Source of the DNA: an uncultured Candidatus Poseidoniales archaeon
GTDB lineage: Archaea; Thermoplasmatota; Poseidoniia; Poseidoniales; CAYMED01
Assembly (NCBI GenBank): GCA_964389655.1
Contig: CAYMED010000001.1
Location: 39,770 to 103,769 of the forward strand
Reading direction: 5' to 3'
Length of the DNA: 64,000 nucleotides
The position numbers were made by a program, and so were the translations under genes. Positions 47,586 to 57,760 of the stretch are shown here, piece after piece (positions within the stretch are counted from its first letter, which is position 1; each line of letters begins with the position of its first letter). Under the pieces are notes generated by a model, which did no database searches, was not told where the DNA came from, and was given only the letters and a program-made list of their open reading frames with translations.

Positions 47586-48683
47586 GTGGAAGTTAGTATT
47601 ACTGTCTGCGTCCGTAATGGTGCACAATTCATTGATGAATGTCTAGATGCATTAGTCCAGCAATCCCACCGCCCGATTGAAATTATTGTAGTTGATGATG
47701 GATCATCAGATTCAACTTCAAAATTGCTGGAACCATGGGAAGATGAAGAAGGAACATTGAGAGGCATATCAATCCGAGTTATACGAACAGAAGCTAAAGG
47801 GCTATCATCCGCCAGGAATACGGCTCTTCTTGCTGCAAAATATCCGTTAGTTGCTACAACAGATATTGACTGTAGGCCCAGATCGATGTGGATTTCCGAA
47901 TTGGTTCGGCATTGGACCGAAAGCAAAGACAAATTGGCAGCAGTAACTGGCAGAACGATATTTCAGCGTGGCACAACGACAACAAGCCGGCTCCGCGCAG
48001 GCGACATTGCTCGAAAATATGTAGGAAGAGGGCGCAAAACATCTCTCGCAAATGGCCCTTGTAGCATGTATGATCGGGCCTTGTTAATTTCATCAGGTGG
48101 CTTTGAACCACATTGGTATCATGCAGAAGATATGGAGGCCAGCCTTCGCTTAACGGCATTAGGTGGCCAAATTGAATATGTGCCCACCGCACTTGTCGAC
48201 CATGTTGCAGAAAGCCAACTTCGTGTATTCTTAAAGAAGCGAATTCGTGATGCACGAGGGCATGTCAGAATAATGCGAAAATATGGGAAAAAGTCCCATT
48301 CTGAAATGGGAAATTTCGATTTTCTAGGGAAGTCTTGGAATATTTTGTGGTCTTTCCCATTTTTCCTTACAGGAATCATGTTGCTTTTCTATTGGTTTTT
48401 TTCAGATTTTTCCCATCATCTGCCTACTTTATTTCCCCACCCCTTCATTCTGCTTTCTCTGGCAATCCTGTTGTTAATTGTAGACTCTTTACTCCTACTT
48501 TTTGCCAATCCTCTGCCCCTGATAAATTCGACAAAGGAAGAACGGATCATCGATCTAATATTCTCAAAATGGATTTTACGCGCATGGTCATTCTCTCTTT
48601 GGATGGGTGCTATTCTAGGATGGTGGGACGGTATACGAGGACGCCATCAACAGGCCTCACTTGCAGAGCAAAAGATCAACTGA
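47586..48683 (+). CDS. Family 2 glycosyltransferase with C-terminal TM helices
   Basis: VVDDGSSD, GLSSARN, TDID (DxD), GGF..AED; GAGGTGA RBS. Confidence 0.9.
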   Translation: MEVSITVCVRNGAQFIDECLDALVQQSHRPIEIIVVDDGSSDSTSKLLEPWEDEEGTLRGISIRVIRTEAKGLSSARNTALLAAKYPLVATTDIDCRPRSMWISELVRHWTESKDKLAAVTGRTIFQRGTTTTSRLRAGDIARKYVGRGRKTSLANGPCSMYDRALLISSGGFEPHWYHAEDMEASLRLTALGGQIEYVPTALVDHVAESQLRVFLKKRIRDARGHVRIMRKYGKKSHSEMGNFDFLGKSWNILWSFPFFLTGIMLLFYWFFSDFSHHLPTLFPHPFILLSLAILLLIVDSLLLLFANPLPLINSTKEERIIDLIFSKWILRAWSFSLWMGAILGWWDGIRGRHQQASLAEQKIN

Positions 48684-49233
48684 TATTTTCAGTTTCTTCT
48701 AGTGAAACAAGATGTGCTAGAGATAGGCCAAATCCAATCAAAATGATACTAACAGAATAGACTCCCACATCAATCCAAGTCCAATAAATGGCACTCCACC
48801 CGAAGTAGAATGAGAAACCGATCAAAATGCACCAACAAGCCGCAGATGCCTTCCACCCACTGGCTTTGGTGGGGCCCGTAAGACCTCCCCATACTGCATG
48901 ATTTGCAAGGCCCTTTGCCCAGACAAGAACTCCCCCGTCGACCAATTTCGCAATAGCCATTAAACCCCAAAAAAGAATCAGGCAAGCAATGGCCGTGAAG
49001 ATGAGGTGGGAGCCGCCAAATCCAATGGATGCATCAACATAATATCCGTCACCGATGTTTCCAAAGGAAAGAAGATGTGGCCAATTTGCCCTCAATGCAC
49101 CATCTCCGCGCCTGACAACACCCCATATGAGGTCAATGAAGGCGAGTAAAAGGAGCCACGTTCCTATCAGCACAATCGTGGGGGCGATCCCTCTCGAAAG
49201 GAAGAGCGCGGAGGTGCTGCGGTCATCACTCAT
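48676..49233 (-). CDS. Hypothetical integral membrane protein
   Basis: About four hydrophobic helices; follows cdc6 on the same strand. Confidence 0.7.
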   Translation of the reverse strand: MSDDRSTSALFLSRGIAPTIVLIGTWLLLLAFIDLIWGVVRRGDGALRANWPHLLSFGNIGDGYYVDASIGFGGSHLIFTAIACLILFWGLMAIAKLVDGGVLVWAKGLANHAVWGGLTGPTKASGWKASAACWCILIGFSFYFGWSAIYWTWIDVGVYSVSIILIGFGLSLAHLVSLEETENIS

Positions 49234-49274
49234 CAGCGGCCCATCGGTGATCCTTGTATAACCGTTTCAGATAA

Positions 49275-50513
49275 CTAGCGGAGGCTTCCTTGAACGCTAT
49301 ATGTTGCTTTGATTACTGGGCTCATCGTATCATCTGACTTGACCATGATGGTTGCAGCATCAAGGGTTGATGGAATACAAGATGTGATTTCCTTGCTTCT
49401 CCCATACCTCCCTCTGGAGATCGTATTTGCCGAAATCAATCCAAGCATATCAAGATTTGAGATGAGGTCCGTAATTCTTCGAGCAGTCAAGGGGATTGAA
49501 TTTGCATTGCGGCATGCTTGCTTGTATACTTGATACACCTCTCCCGTCGAGATTCTACGGACACCGCGACGATCATGCACCAATACTGAAAATAGAACCA
49601 ACTTTTGATGGAGCGGGAGGGTGCTTATTGTAGGCGTCATTTGATCCCTCTCTAATCGATTATGCGCAATACGAACATGTCGTGTTTCAATTATATCACC
49701 GTTTTCTCGTTCTGCTTCTTCTGCAGAAGCACGTAAAAGGTCAAGTGCGCGACGCGCATCTCCATGTTCCCTCGCTCCCATAGCAGCGCATAACTCAATA
49801 ACTCCGTCATTAACACAGCTTTCGCGGAGTGCATCGAGTCGATTACGCAGAATTTCTTGCAATTGATTTGCATCATAGGGAGCAAAGAAAACATCTTCTT
49901 GTCCAAGACGGCTGCGTACTCTTGGATCAAGGTGTTCAGTAAATGTTAGATCATTGCTGATTCCAATCACGCACATTCTAGCATTGCGGAACATGGTATT
50001 CATGCTGGTCAAATTGTACAGCAAATCATCACCTGATTTCTTTACAAGGTGGTCAACTTCGTCAAGAACAATAACATGGACGCCTCCATTCGAATCCATC
50101 CTTTTCATCAATTCACTATACACTTTGTCAGTGGGCCATCCTGTAAATGGGATTTTTTCTTCAAAGTCATCAATGATGCTGTTTCCTAGGTGTGCTAATA
50201 CGCGATATTGTGTGTCAATATTTCGACAATTTATGTCGGTTGTTGAAACATCGCTTCCTATTTCTCGTGCTTTTTCCTCTAGTTGTCCTAATACAAATCT
50301 AGTAACTGCTGTTTTGCCAGCTCCAGTCACTCCATATAGGATCATGTTTGAGGGGATATTTCCAGATAGTGCCTCAACAAGGTTGCGCCTTAATGCGTCA
50401 ATTTCCCCATTTCGATGGGGGAGTCTATTCGGTATATGCGTATGTCGAAGAAGTTCTTTGTTTCGAAACAGACCAGGTTCATTGTGAATGTTTTTGAATA
50501 TGTTTTCAGACAC
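49275..50513 (-). CDS. cdc6: Orc1/Cdc6 replication initiator
   Basis: LPHR, YGVTGAGKT, INC, VLDEVD, LDPRVRSRL, GDARRALDLL, winged helix with SRGRYGR. Confidence 0.96.
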   Translation of the reverse strand: MSENIFKNIHNEPGLFRNKELLRHTHIPNRLPHRNGEIDALRRNLVEALSGNIPSNMILYGVTGAGKTAVTRFVLGQLEEKAREIGSDVSTTDINCRNIDTQYRVLAHLGNSIIDDFEEKIPFTGWPTDKVYSELMKRMDSNGGVHVIVLDEVDHLVKKSGDDLLYNLTSMNTMFRNARMCVIGISNDLTFTEHLDPRVRSRLGQEDVFFAPYDANQLQEILRNRLDALRESCVNDGVIELCAAMGAREHGDARRALDLLRASAEEAERENGDIIETRHVRIAHNRLERDQMTPTISTLPLHQKLVLFSVLVHDRRGVRRISTGEVYQVYKQACRNANSIPLTARRITDLISNLDMLGLISANTISRGRYGRSKEITSCIPSTLDAATIMVKSDDTMSPVIKATYSVQGSLR

Positions 50514-50628
50514 GTTCGTTCCCTCACTCTTGGTTCATGCCGACCCACTTCACCCGCAGTTGGCTCTCTGCAAAATCCCGAGCGAGGACCCGCGGATTTA
50601 ACCATTCTCCGAATGCTTCGGTCAGAGA

Positions 50629-51402
50629 TCAATTTGGATCAGGTATTGTAAGTTCAAACCCATCGTTAGCCCATACTGCATTTTTAGGCATCGGGGGCAA
50701 TTTGGTTCCAGATTTAACATTTGGATCTGGCATAAATAAATGTGTCAATATGAATTTTGTATTTGGGTGATTACCGATCAAGTCTGCAGCAGTAGACGGG
50801 CTAAAATGCAGGTCGTTTTTGACATGGTTTGGGAGTCCAACTTCTAGAATAACAACATCTGCTTCACCAGCACGTTCTTCGATTGCCTCACAGGGGCCGC
50901 TATCCCCACAATGCATGATTTTAGTCCCACTACTATGTTGCAAGTACCATCCATGAGGATGGACAAGGGGCTCATGCTCAACTTCAAACCGCTCCCCAAT
51001 CCAATCTGGGGCATTTTCTAGTTTTGATGGTGAATCTGTTTTCCAATTTATCCGTTTATCGAATACACTCTCAAATGTTCCTGGATAAGCAAGATGAGAT
51101 AATTGTTGTAACCAACCAACACCCCCCCTTCGCGTATGAACTTCTAGGGGGTGAGTCCCTTCCCTATCAGACATAAACAATCTTTCAAGCAAGAGGAATG
51201 GGAATCCGAAAACATGATCACCATGCCAATGAGTGATCAGAATTGTATGTATCAAAGCTGGGTTGATTTTTGCGCGTCGTAATGATGCGAGTGCCGTGGG
51301 GGGTGCGTCTATGAGTATCCCTCCATCAATGATTAGCAGTGAATGGTGTCGTCCTTCGGGCAGGAATGCATTCCCCGTCCCAAGCAACTGGAGGTGAACC
51401 AT
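50629..51402 (-). CDS. MBL-fold metallohydrolase (RNase Z/AtsA-like)
   Basis: LGTGNA, THWHGDH, VEH, CGDS, LTH; start at ATG 51402. Confidence 0.85.
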   Translation of the reverse strand: MVHLQLLGTGNAFLPEGRHHSLLIIDGGILIDAPPTALASLRRAKINPALIHTILITHWHGDHVFGFPFLLLERLFMSDREGTHPLEVHTRRGGVGWLQQLSHLAYPGTFESVFDKRINWKTDSPSKLENAPDWIGERFEVEHEPLVHPHGWYLQHSSGTKIMHCGDSGPCEAIEERAGEADVVILEVGLPNHVKNDLHFSPSTAADLIGNHPNTKFILTHLFMPDPNVKSGTKLPPMPKNAVWANDGFELTIPDPN

Positions 51403-51463
51403 GGGTAGCGAGTAGGGCTTCGTTTCATAAGCCGCACCCGGCACCGATGGGGAGAGGGATTCG

Positions 51464-52711
51464 TTGTCTAAGGTATGGAGTAGCAAAAATCCCTTTCTGG
51501 CCCGCATGTCCGATAGAGATATTCTCAATTTGCGCCCCTCATCCAAAGAAACCCGCCATATTGTGATTGAACTAGGCGATAGTGGTATTCAGTATAAAGT
51601 GGGAGATGCACTTGGCATCATCCCTCAGAACCCTCCACATCTAGTCGATGGCCTCATTGAGTGCATGGGTGCATCACCTGATGACAAAATAAAGACGAGT
51701 AAAGGGGATCGGAAATTATCTGATGCCTTTAGAGAAGATGTTGAAATTCACCGTTTATCGAAGAAAGTCGTTCAAGCATTAGCATCTAAATCGTCAGGTT
51801 CTACCGGTGCGCCAACAATACGGACGATCAGCAACCAGCGCCACAATCTTTCTTCAAGAGAAGAAATGATTGCTGAATGTCCAAAGCCATCTCGACAAAA
51901 TGGTAACCCCTTTGACAGGATTGCCCAGGTCGTCTCAAGTCCATCATCATTGGACTCTTATATTGGTCAGAGAGATTACATCGACTTGGTTAATGAAATT
52001 GGGACAGATGTGCTCTCCGGGCAAGAAATATATGATCTTATGGACCGGATGAAACCTAGGCTTTATTCAATTGCATCTTCGTTGGATGTGCACCCAGGAC
52101 AGGTGCAATTGACAGTTGCAATCGTGCGCTATGAAACACTGGGGCGGCGGCGCGCAGGATTGTGCACTGGATGGTTGGCTGATGTTGCCGAACTTGATGC
52201 AACAGATATTCCAGTTTTCCTTTCTCCCACCCGTTCATTTGTACTTCCCCCCGACCCCAACACAGATGTCATCATGATTGGACCCGGAACTGGCATCGCA
52301 CCTTTCCGTGCCTTCCTAGAACAGCGCGCTTTCGATGGCGGAAATGGGAGGAATTGGTTATTCTTTGGGGACTGGACTGAATCGGGAGATTTTCTTTATC
52401 GTGATGAACTGGAAAAACATCAATCAACAGGTGTTTTGACAAGTTTAACAACAGCATTCAGTAGGGATCAAGATACAAAAGTGTATGTCCAGCACCGCAT
52501 GCAAGAGCATGCATCAGAAATCTGGAACTGGATTGAAAATGGCGCACACTTCTATGTTTGTGGTGATAAAAGTAAGATGGCAAAGGATGTTCATCAAACT
52601 CTCATAAAGATCGCTATTGAATACGGCCAGCGCACTGAAGAAGATGCCACACATTATGTGGAAAAAATATTGATGCGTGAGGAAAAGAGATATCTCCGTG
52701 ACGTGTACTGA
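51464..52711 (+). CDS. CysJ-like FAD/NAD(P)H-binding reductase lacking the flavodoxin (FMN) domain
   Basis: KETRH, YKVGDALG, PRLYSIASS, GLCT, MIGPGTGIAPF, AFSR, YVQH, YVCG, RYLRDVY. Confidence 0.88.
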   Translation: MSKVWSSKNPFLARMSDRDILNLRPSSKETRHIVIELGDSGIQYKVGDALGIIPQNPPHLVDGLIECMGASPDDKIKTSKGDRKLSDAFREDVEIHRLSKKVVQALASKSSGSTGAPTIRTISNQRHNLSSREEMIAECPKPSRQNGNPFDRIAQVVSSPSSLDSYIGQRDYIDLVNEIGTDVLSGQEIYDLMDRMKPRLYSIASSLDVHPGQVQLTVAIVRYETLGRRRAGLCTGWLADVAELDATDIPVFLSPTRSFVLPPDPNTDVIMIGPGTGIAPFRAFLEQRAFDGGNGRNWLFFGDWTESGDFLYRDELEKHQSTGVLTSLTTAFSRDQDTKVYVQHRMQEHASEIWNWIENGAHFYVCGDKSKMAKDVHQTLIKIAIEYGQRTEEDATHYVEKILMREEKRYLRDVY

Positions 52712-52752
52712 CTTCCGCTTCTCTGATGTACTTGAGTGGTCTGGGGTGTCTT

Positions 52753-54093
52753 ATGGGCTTCGACCGTGTCCTCATCGCCAACCGCGGAGAGATTGCGTTA
52801 CGAATTCTTCGAACACTGCGTGCGAGAGGCACTGAATCATCAATAATCTACGCCCCTGAAGATCGTTTATCGCATCCAGTTCATTTAGCAAACTCTGCAA
52901 TTGAGATTCCAGGAGGAGGTCCGTCTTCTTACCTCGATGTCGAAGCAATAATTGCAGCAGCGAAATCAGTTCAAGCAGATGCAGTACATCCAGGCTATGG
53001 ATTCCTTGCAGAAAATCCCGTGTTTGCGGAACGTCTTGCCGAGGAAAGTATTGTATTTATAGGTCCGTCACCGGATGTTCTGAGGCGTTTGGGGGATAAA
53101 ATCCAAGCACGCTCAATTATGTCTAGTGCTGGCTTACCTGTTGCTGCAGGTTCAGATGAACCGATATCTGACCCCCATCTTGCAGAATCATTGGCGGACG
53201 AAATAGGATATCCTGTCATCATTAAGGCCGCCGCAGGGGGGGGTGGAATAGGCATGCAAGTAGTTCATGAACCATCTTCTTTCAGAGACGCTCTTCGGCA
53301 ATGTACTTCACGCGCACAATCAGCCTTTGGTGATGGGAGGGTATTTGTCGAGAAGTTTATCATTGGTGGACAACACATCGAATTTCAAGTGCTTTCGGAT
53401 GGTAAACACGCCATTCACTTTGGGGAGAGGTTTTGCAGTATACAACGACGCCATCAAAAGATCATTGAGGAAGGCCCATGGCTGAAAGAAAGCGTTCGTG
53501 ATGATATTGGCTCTAAGGTTTGTGCAGGTGCTTTAGCGGTAGGATATCAGGGCCTTGCAACGTTTGAATTCCTAAGAGATTCAGACGGTAAGTTCAGTTT
53601 CCTCGAAGTTAATCCGAGGGTTCAAGTTGAACATACAGTTACTGAGATGATCACGGGCATTGACCTTGTGGAGGCCGGTATTTCTGTAGCGGAGGGTTCA
53701 CCGCTTAGCCTTCAGCAAGGTGACATCATGTGGAATGGTCATGCGATCCAGTGCCGGTTAAATGCGGAAGATCCTCACACATTCAAGCCGAGCCCGGGCC
53801 GAATTTGGGATTGGCACATGCCTGATGGGTTTGGCGTGCGGGTTGATACGCATGCTCATGCGGGATATGAGATGCCTGATTGCTTTGACTCGTTACTGGG
53901 AAAGTTGCTTGTTCACGGAACGAACCGCCAAGAAGCGATTCAAAGAATGCGCTCTGCACTTGATGAATCGATGATAAGTGGGGTTGAAACACTCATTCCC
54001 CTGCACCGGAAAATTATGGAAGAGCCTGATTTTATATCAGGTAACATTACAATTCGGTATCTTGATGAGCATCCTAAATTGGTAGGTGCTTGA
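52753..54093 (+). CDS. Biotin carboxylase subunit (AccC/PycA type)
   Basis: ANRGEIA, HPGYGFLAEN, GGGGIGM, CSIQRRHQK, EVNPRVQVEH, DSLLGK. Confidence 0.9.
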   Translation: MGFDRVLIANRGEIALRILRTLRARGTESSIIYAPEDRLSHPVHLANSAIEIPGGGPSSYLDVEAIIAAAKSVQADAVHPGYGFLAENPVFAERLAEESIVFIGPSPDVLRRLGDKIQARSIMSSAGLPVAAGSDEPISDPHLAESLADEIGYPVIIKAAAGGGGIGMQVVHEPSSFRDALRQCTSRAQSAFGDGRVFVEKFIIGGQHIEFQVLSDGKHAIHFGERFCSIQRRHQKIIEEGPWLKESVRDDIGSKVCAGALAVGYQGLATFEFLRDSDGKFSFLEVNPRVQVEHTVTEMITGIDLVEAGISVAEGSPLSLQQGDIMWNGHAIQCRLNAEDPHTFKPSPGRIWDWHMPDGFGVRVDTHAHAGYEMPDCFDSLLGKLLVHGTNRQEAIQRMRSALDESMISGVETLIPLHRKIMEEPDFISGNITIRYLDEHPKLVGA

Positions 54094-55042
54094 GTTGGAT
54101 GTAGTAATTGTTGGTTCGATTGCTTATGATGATATTGAGAGTGAAGCAGGATTGTCTCCAAACACACTAGGGGGCTCAGCCACTTATGCCGGAATTGCAT
54201 GTGCTTTCCACAAAGCCGATGTAATGGATGTTGGAGTTGTTGGGGTCGTAGGCTCTGATTTCTCCAACGATGATTGGGAACTTCTTCAATCACGTGGACT
54301 TGATCTGAAAGGCGTCACTCGTCTTGACGGTCTGACGTTCCGATGGCGAGGTCGTTATGATGGTGCAATGGAATCTGCTCAGACATTAGAAACCCATCTC
54401 AACGTATTTGAGCATTTTAGTCCCAAAATACCAAAAGAATGGTCCACGCCTAGGATCGTTTTCTGTGCTAATATCCACCCTGGAATTCAGCGCATTGTCT
54501 TGGATCATTATAGCAAGTCTTCTCTAAAAATACTTGATTCAATGAATTTGTGGATTGGCATCGAACGAGATGCGCTTTGCGATGTTTTGCGTTCAGTAGA
54601 TATTGCCATCCTCAATGAGGATGAAGTGATGCAATTGGCAGATGATGCCAACATTGTTCGTGCAGCTCGGAGCATTGTCTCAGGAATTAGTATCAGCAAT
54701 GGGAAAAATGCCGGAAAAGGACCTAATTGGCTTATCGTAAAACGAGGGGGCGCAGGTGTGCTTGCGGTTAGCAATCATGACCTCATATCATTGCCAGCGT
54801 GGCCTACAGATGACCTAGTTGATCCAACTGGATGTGGTGACACATTTGCCGGGTCCTTCATTGCAAAGTTATTCTTGATTGAGGGCGAAATTACGACAGA
54901 TGAGTTACGGTCATGCCTTATTGATTCGATAATTACTGCATCATTCACGCTCTCTTCTTTTGGCCCAAAAGGCCTTCTTAGCTTAGACAAAGAGCAGTTT
55001 GGAAGGCGACGTCAAGCATATTGTACAATGCTTGGATATTAG
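54086..55042 (+). CDS. PfkB-family carbohydrate/nucleoside kinase
   Basis: GSIAYD, LGGSATY, NEDE, VDPTGCGDTFAG. Confidence 0.92.
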   Translation: MLELDVVIVGSIAYDDIESEAGLSPNTLGGSATYAGIACAFHKADVMDVGVVGVVGSDFSNDDWELLQSRGLDLKGVTRLDGLTFRWRGRYDGAMESAQTLETHLNVFEHFSPKIPKEWSTPRIVFCANIHPGIQRIVLDHYSKSSLKILDSMNLWIGIERDALCDVLRSVDIAILNEDEVMQLADDANIVRAARSIVSGISISNGKNAGKGPNWLIVKRGGAGVLAVSNHDLISLPAWPTDDLVDPTGCGDTFAGSFIAKLFLIEGEITTDELRSCLIDSIITASFTLSSFGPKGLLSLDKEQFGRRRQAYCTMLGY

Positions 55043-55045
55043 CCA

Positions 55046-56668
55046 TCACCCTATCCGTCGTAGTCCTAGTACCCCTTTTTGCTCCTTGCTCATGGTAGAT
55101 TCAAGTGATGAGAAATTCATAGGCCCATCTTCTGTACTTTTTAGCAATGCACTTTCATCATTACTACCTTCTTCGATTAGTCCACCAAATGATTTTCCGT
55201 CAGATAAGATGTGCTGGTGGGATGCTCGTAACCTTCTTCGTATTGAACTTGACATTTTGGCATCAGGAACTACATCGAGTGGATGCCCCCCTTCATCACC
55301 GTATGTTGCTCGATATCCTTCAGTGTCTGATGCTTCAATTAGTGTTGTAGACCTCCGCTTTATGAGTTCAAATGAGGCATTATTAGCATTGTTACGTTTG
55401 CATTTTCGCATACGGATCATTCTCTTTTTCTTCCGTTCTAGCCGGCTTAAGATGATATTGGCAACGGTTGGATGAGTCCGTCTCAACTGCACAAACGAAT
55501 TTCCTTTGTCAGTTTCTTGTTCTTGATGCCCATAGTTTCGTTCAGAGACGATTTTAGGACTATATTCATGCTCATTTGGCAGTACATCAATCCGCGCACC
55601 AGCAACTAAACCCCTTTCAGAGGTGAACAAGGATTCCATGGTTTTTGTCTCCGAACCTCCCCCCCCATATGGATCTGAAAATAGATCGCTATCAAATGCT
55701 GGGAATATCGATTCACCTTTTTCAAACCATGATGGTGCGGTCTCCGCTTCTTCCATCCCTACTTCTATTCCACTTGTAGGGTGATAATCTGAATTTTCAT
55801 GAGTCGAATGAAGATCCAATGGCATTGCAGGCGCATGTGGGTCAGACCATGGTGATGCATTGATTGAATCTGTGAATGAGCCTTGTGCATCATGGCTGCT
55901 TCGTATTTCCCTCATTGCCTTAAGCGCTCTAGATTGAGTGCCTTCAAGTGAAGGGGCAATAGGCGGGGGCTCAGCAACTTGAATTTCTTCCTTTTCAATG
56001 GGTTTCGCATCATCCCATATGAGAGGTGTAAGAAGACTCTCAACTATTTTTGTACCATCACTCAGTGGATCGTGATCGATTTCAGGCTCATTTTCCCTGA
56101 AATCATCCGTGTCAATTTGACCTGCCTCAATGACTTGATCAGTAATCATTGGCTTTTGTTTATTTCTTGCACTAGGTGGTGATGTGTAAAGCAGTTCTTG
56201 AACGGCTTGCCTAGCAATAGACAAATCTTCGCCCGAACGCAGGCGTGAAGAAATCATCCATAGGCGTGTTAGAATTTTTTCACTCCCCAAAAGGTTGATT
56301 CTCTCCCCCTGCCGGGTATCGATCGTTAGTGCTGGTCGGCGTGCAAAGCACCATGTGGCTGCAATTAACCCTCCAAGCGCAGTAAGGGGAGCAGCCAAAG
56401 GCCCCTCAATGATTCTCAATCCAAAATATGTGATGGCGAGGGAAGCAGCACCAAGCCATCCGGGAACGATCCAATCACTTCTTTGGCGTATTGCAGCCAC
56501 ATCATCCAGATTCATTCCAATTTCTACAGATCCTTTCCGGAAAAGGATGAATTGTTCTTTTGACACAATAACTCGGCAAGGTCCATTCCGCCCCCCTAGC
56601 CGAATCCCTTCGAAAACTTCGCAGTCCGAAGATACCGGCCGGGCAGAGCCCGATTCGGTTGTGTGCAT
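55046..56668 (-). CDS. Hypothetical membrane protein with two TM helices and a long acidic disordered tail
   Basis: 540-aa ORF: beta-rich N-terminus interrupted by a TM hairpin, then low-complexity sequence. Confidence 0.68.
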   Translation of the reverse strand: MHTTESGSARPVSSDCEVFEGIRLGGRNGPCRVIVSKEQFILFRKGSVEIGMNLDDVAAIRQRSDWIVPGWLGAASLAITYFGLRIIEGPLAAPLTALGGLIAATWCFARRPALTIDTRQGERINLLGSEKILTRLWMISSRLRSGEDLSIARQAVQELLYTSPPSARNKQKPMITDQVIEAGQIDTDDFRENEPEIDHDPLSDGTKIVESLLTPLIWDDAKPIEKEEIQVAEPPPIAPSLEGTQSRALKAMREIRSSHDAQGSFTDSINASPWSDPHAPAMPLDLHSTHENSDYHPTSGIEVGMEEAETAPSWFEKGESIFPAFDSDLFSDPYGGGGSETKTMESLFTSERGLVAGARIDVLPNEHEYSPKIVSERNYGHQEQETDKGNSFVQLRRTHPTVANIILSRLERKKKRMIRMRKCKRNNANNASFELIKRRSTTLIEASDTEGYRATYGDEGGHPLDVVPDAKMSSSIRRRLRASHQHILSDGKSFGGLIEEGSNDESALLKSTEDGPMNFSSLESTMSKEQKGVLGLRRIG

Positions 56669-56733
56669 CCCGGAGGTTGTATTTGCGATGACGTCTTAAC
56701 CATTGCCACCATAATAACTCGATAGTGGCGTGA

Positions 56734-57741
56734 TCACAACTTTTCGATAGATGCCACTTTTCCAATAATTCGCTGCGGGGCCGAATCAAGCCGTGCTAGA
56801 ATTCCTCTTGCTCCCTTACGTAGGGCAAGGTTAGCATTAAGAGCAAGTTCTAGATTATGGTTTTGCTGAGATATGATTTTCCCTTCAATAAATTGGCCAT
56901 CACAAAATAGGTGCACGATAGAACCCACTTTCGTTATCGGGGGATGAGCCTCTGTCCGATCAAGGTTTATGGCAATTCTTTCAGAAACAAGGATTTGTCT
57001 ATTTTTGACCATTTCTGGAGCAACTAGCATCCCTCCTTTGTTGATTTGACTTGGATGAATATTTCTGATTGCAATTCCAACTCTGCATCCTAGGCCAGCT
57101 TCATCAACATCCTCATCTAAGACTTGGATTGAACGAATTGTCCCGATGATTTCATTGCGGACTGAGCGAATTGCATCTTGGCGATGCACAGTCCCTTGCA
57201 CCACTCGCCCTATCGCTACTGTACCAATACCGGGTGGGCTTAGAACTTGTTCAATGACAATTGCAAACCCTTCTGGGTGCTCTTGCATTTCCTGTAATTC
57301 ACCATGCTGAAATAGGTCAGTGTGAAGGTCAGCAGGTTTTGGAATTGAAAGATGAATTGGCCATTCACTTAGGCCAACTTGTGATGCAACTAATTCCACT
57401 TGCTCAGGATCAATCCATCCCCCCTCCTCTGGCGCTAAAATAAAATGCCCATGTTTAATCCCTGCCGCTGCAATTGAGACAATAATCTCCCCAAATATTG
57501 CATCGAAGTGAGTGATATAAATAAGTGCACTTGATGCCCCATCGAGGGACGCTAGAAGGGGCCTTATTCTTTCAGGGTGGCGTGTCGGTCGAGCAAATAC
57601 GAGAGCACTTGTTCCGTCTTCATTGCGGATTTTATGAACATATGTTTCGACATCTCTTTTGTCACTGGTCTTCCCAAGTGTTCGTCCGATTTCATCCGAT
57701 CCGATGAGGGTGATGTGCTGAATTGCTAAACCCATGTCCAT
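56734..57741 (-). CDS. SelB/EF-Tu-like protein with a degenerate G domain
   Basis: EF-Tu domain II motifs IEQV..PGIGTVAIGRV, IRSIQVLDEDVDEAGLGCRVGIAIRN; no GxxxxGK; start at 57741 or 57735. Confidence 0.8.
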   Translation of the reverse strand: MDMGLAIQHITLIGSDEIGRTLGKTSDKRDVETYVHKIRNEDGTSALVFARPTRHPERIRPLLASLDGASSALIYITHFDAIFGEIIVSIAAAGIKHGHFILAPEEGGWIDPEQVELVASQVGLSEWPIHLSIPKPADLHTDLFQHGELQEMQEHPEGFAIVIEQVLSPPGIGTVAIGRVVQGTVHRQDAIRSVRNEIIGTIRSIQVLDEDVDEAGLGCRVGIAIRNIHPSQINKGGMLVAPEMVKNRQILVSERIAINLDRTEAHPPITKVGSIVHLFCDGQFIEGKIISQQNHNLELALNANLALRKGARGILARLDSAPQRIIGKVASIEKL

Positions 57742-57760
57742 GGCCACGTAACTGCATTGA

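Noticed and set aside
50514-50628. Replication origin directly upstream of cdc6
   Set aside because: The gap is short, not AT-rich, and has no convincing ORB dyad.
55943-55956. TTCAAGTGAAGGGG as a second ORB
   Set aside because: It lacks the dyad and correct spacing; probably chance.
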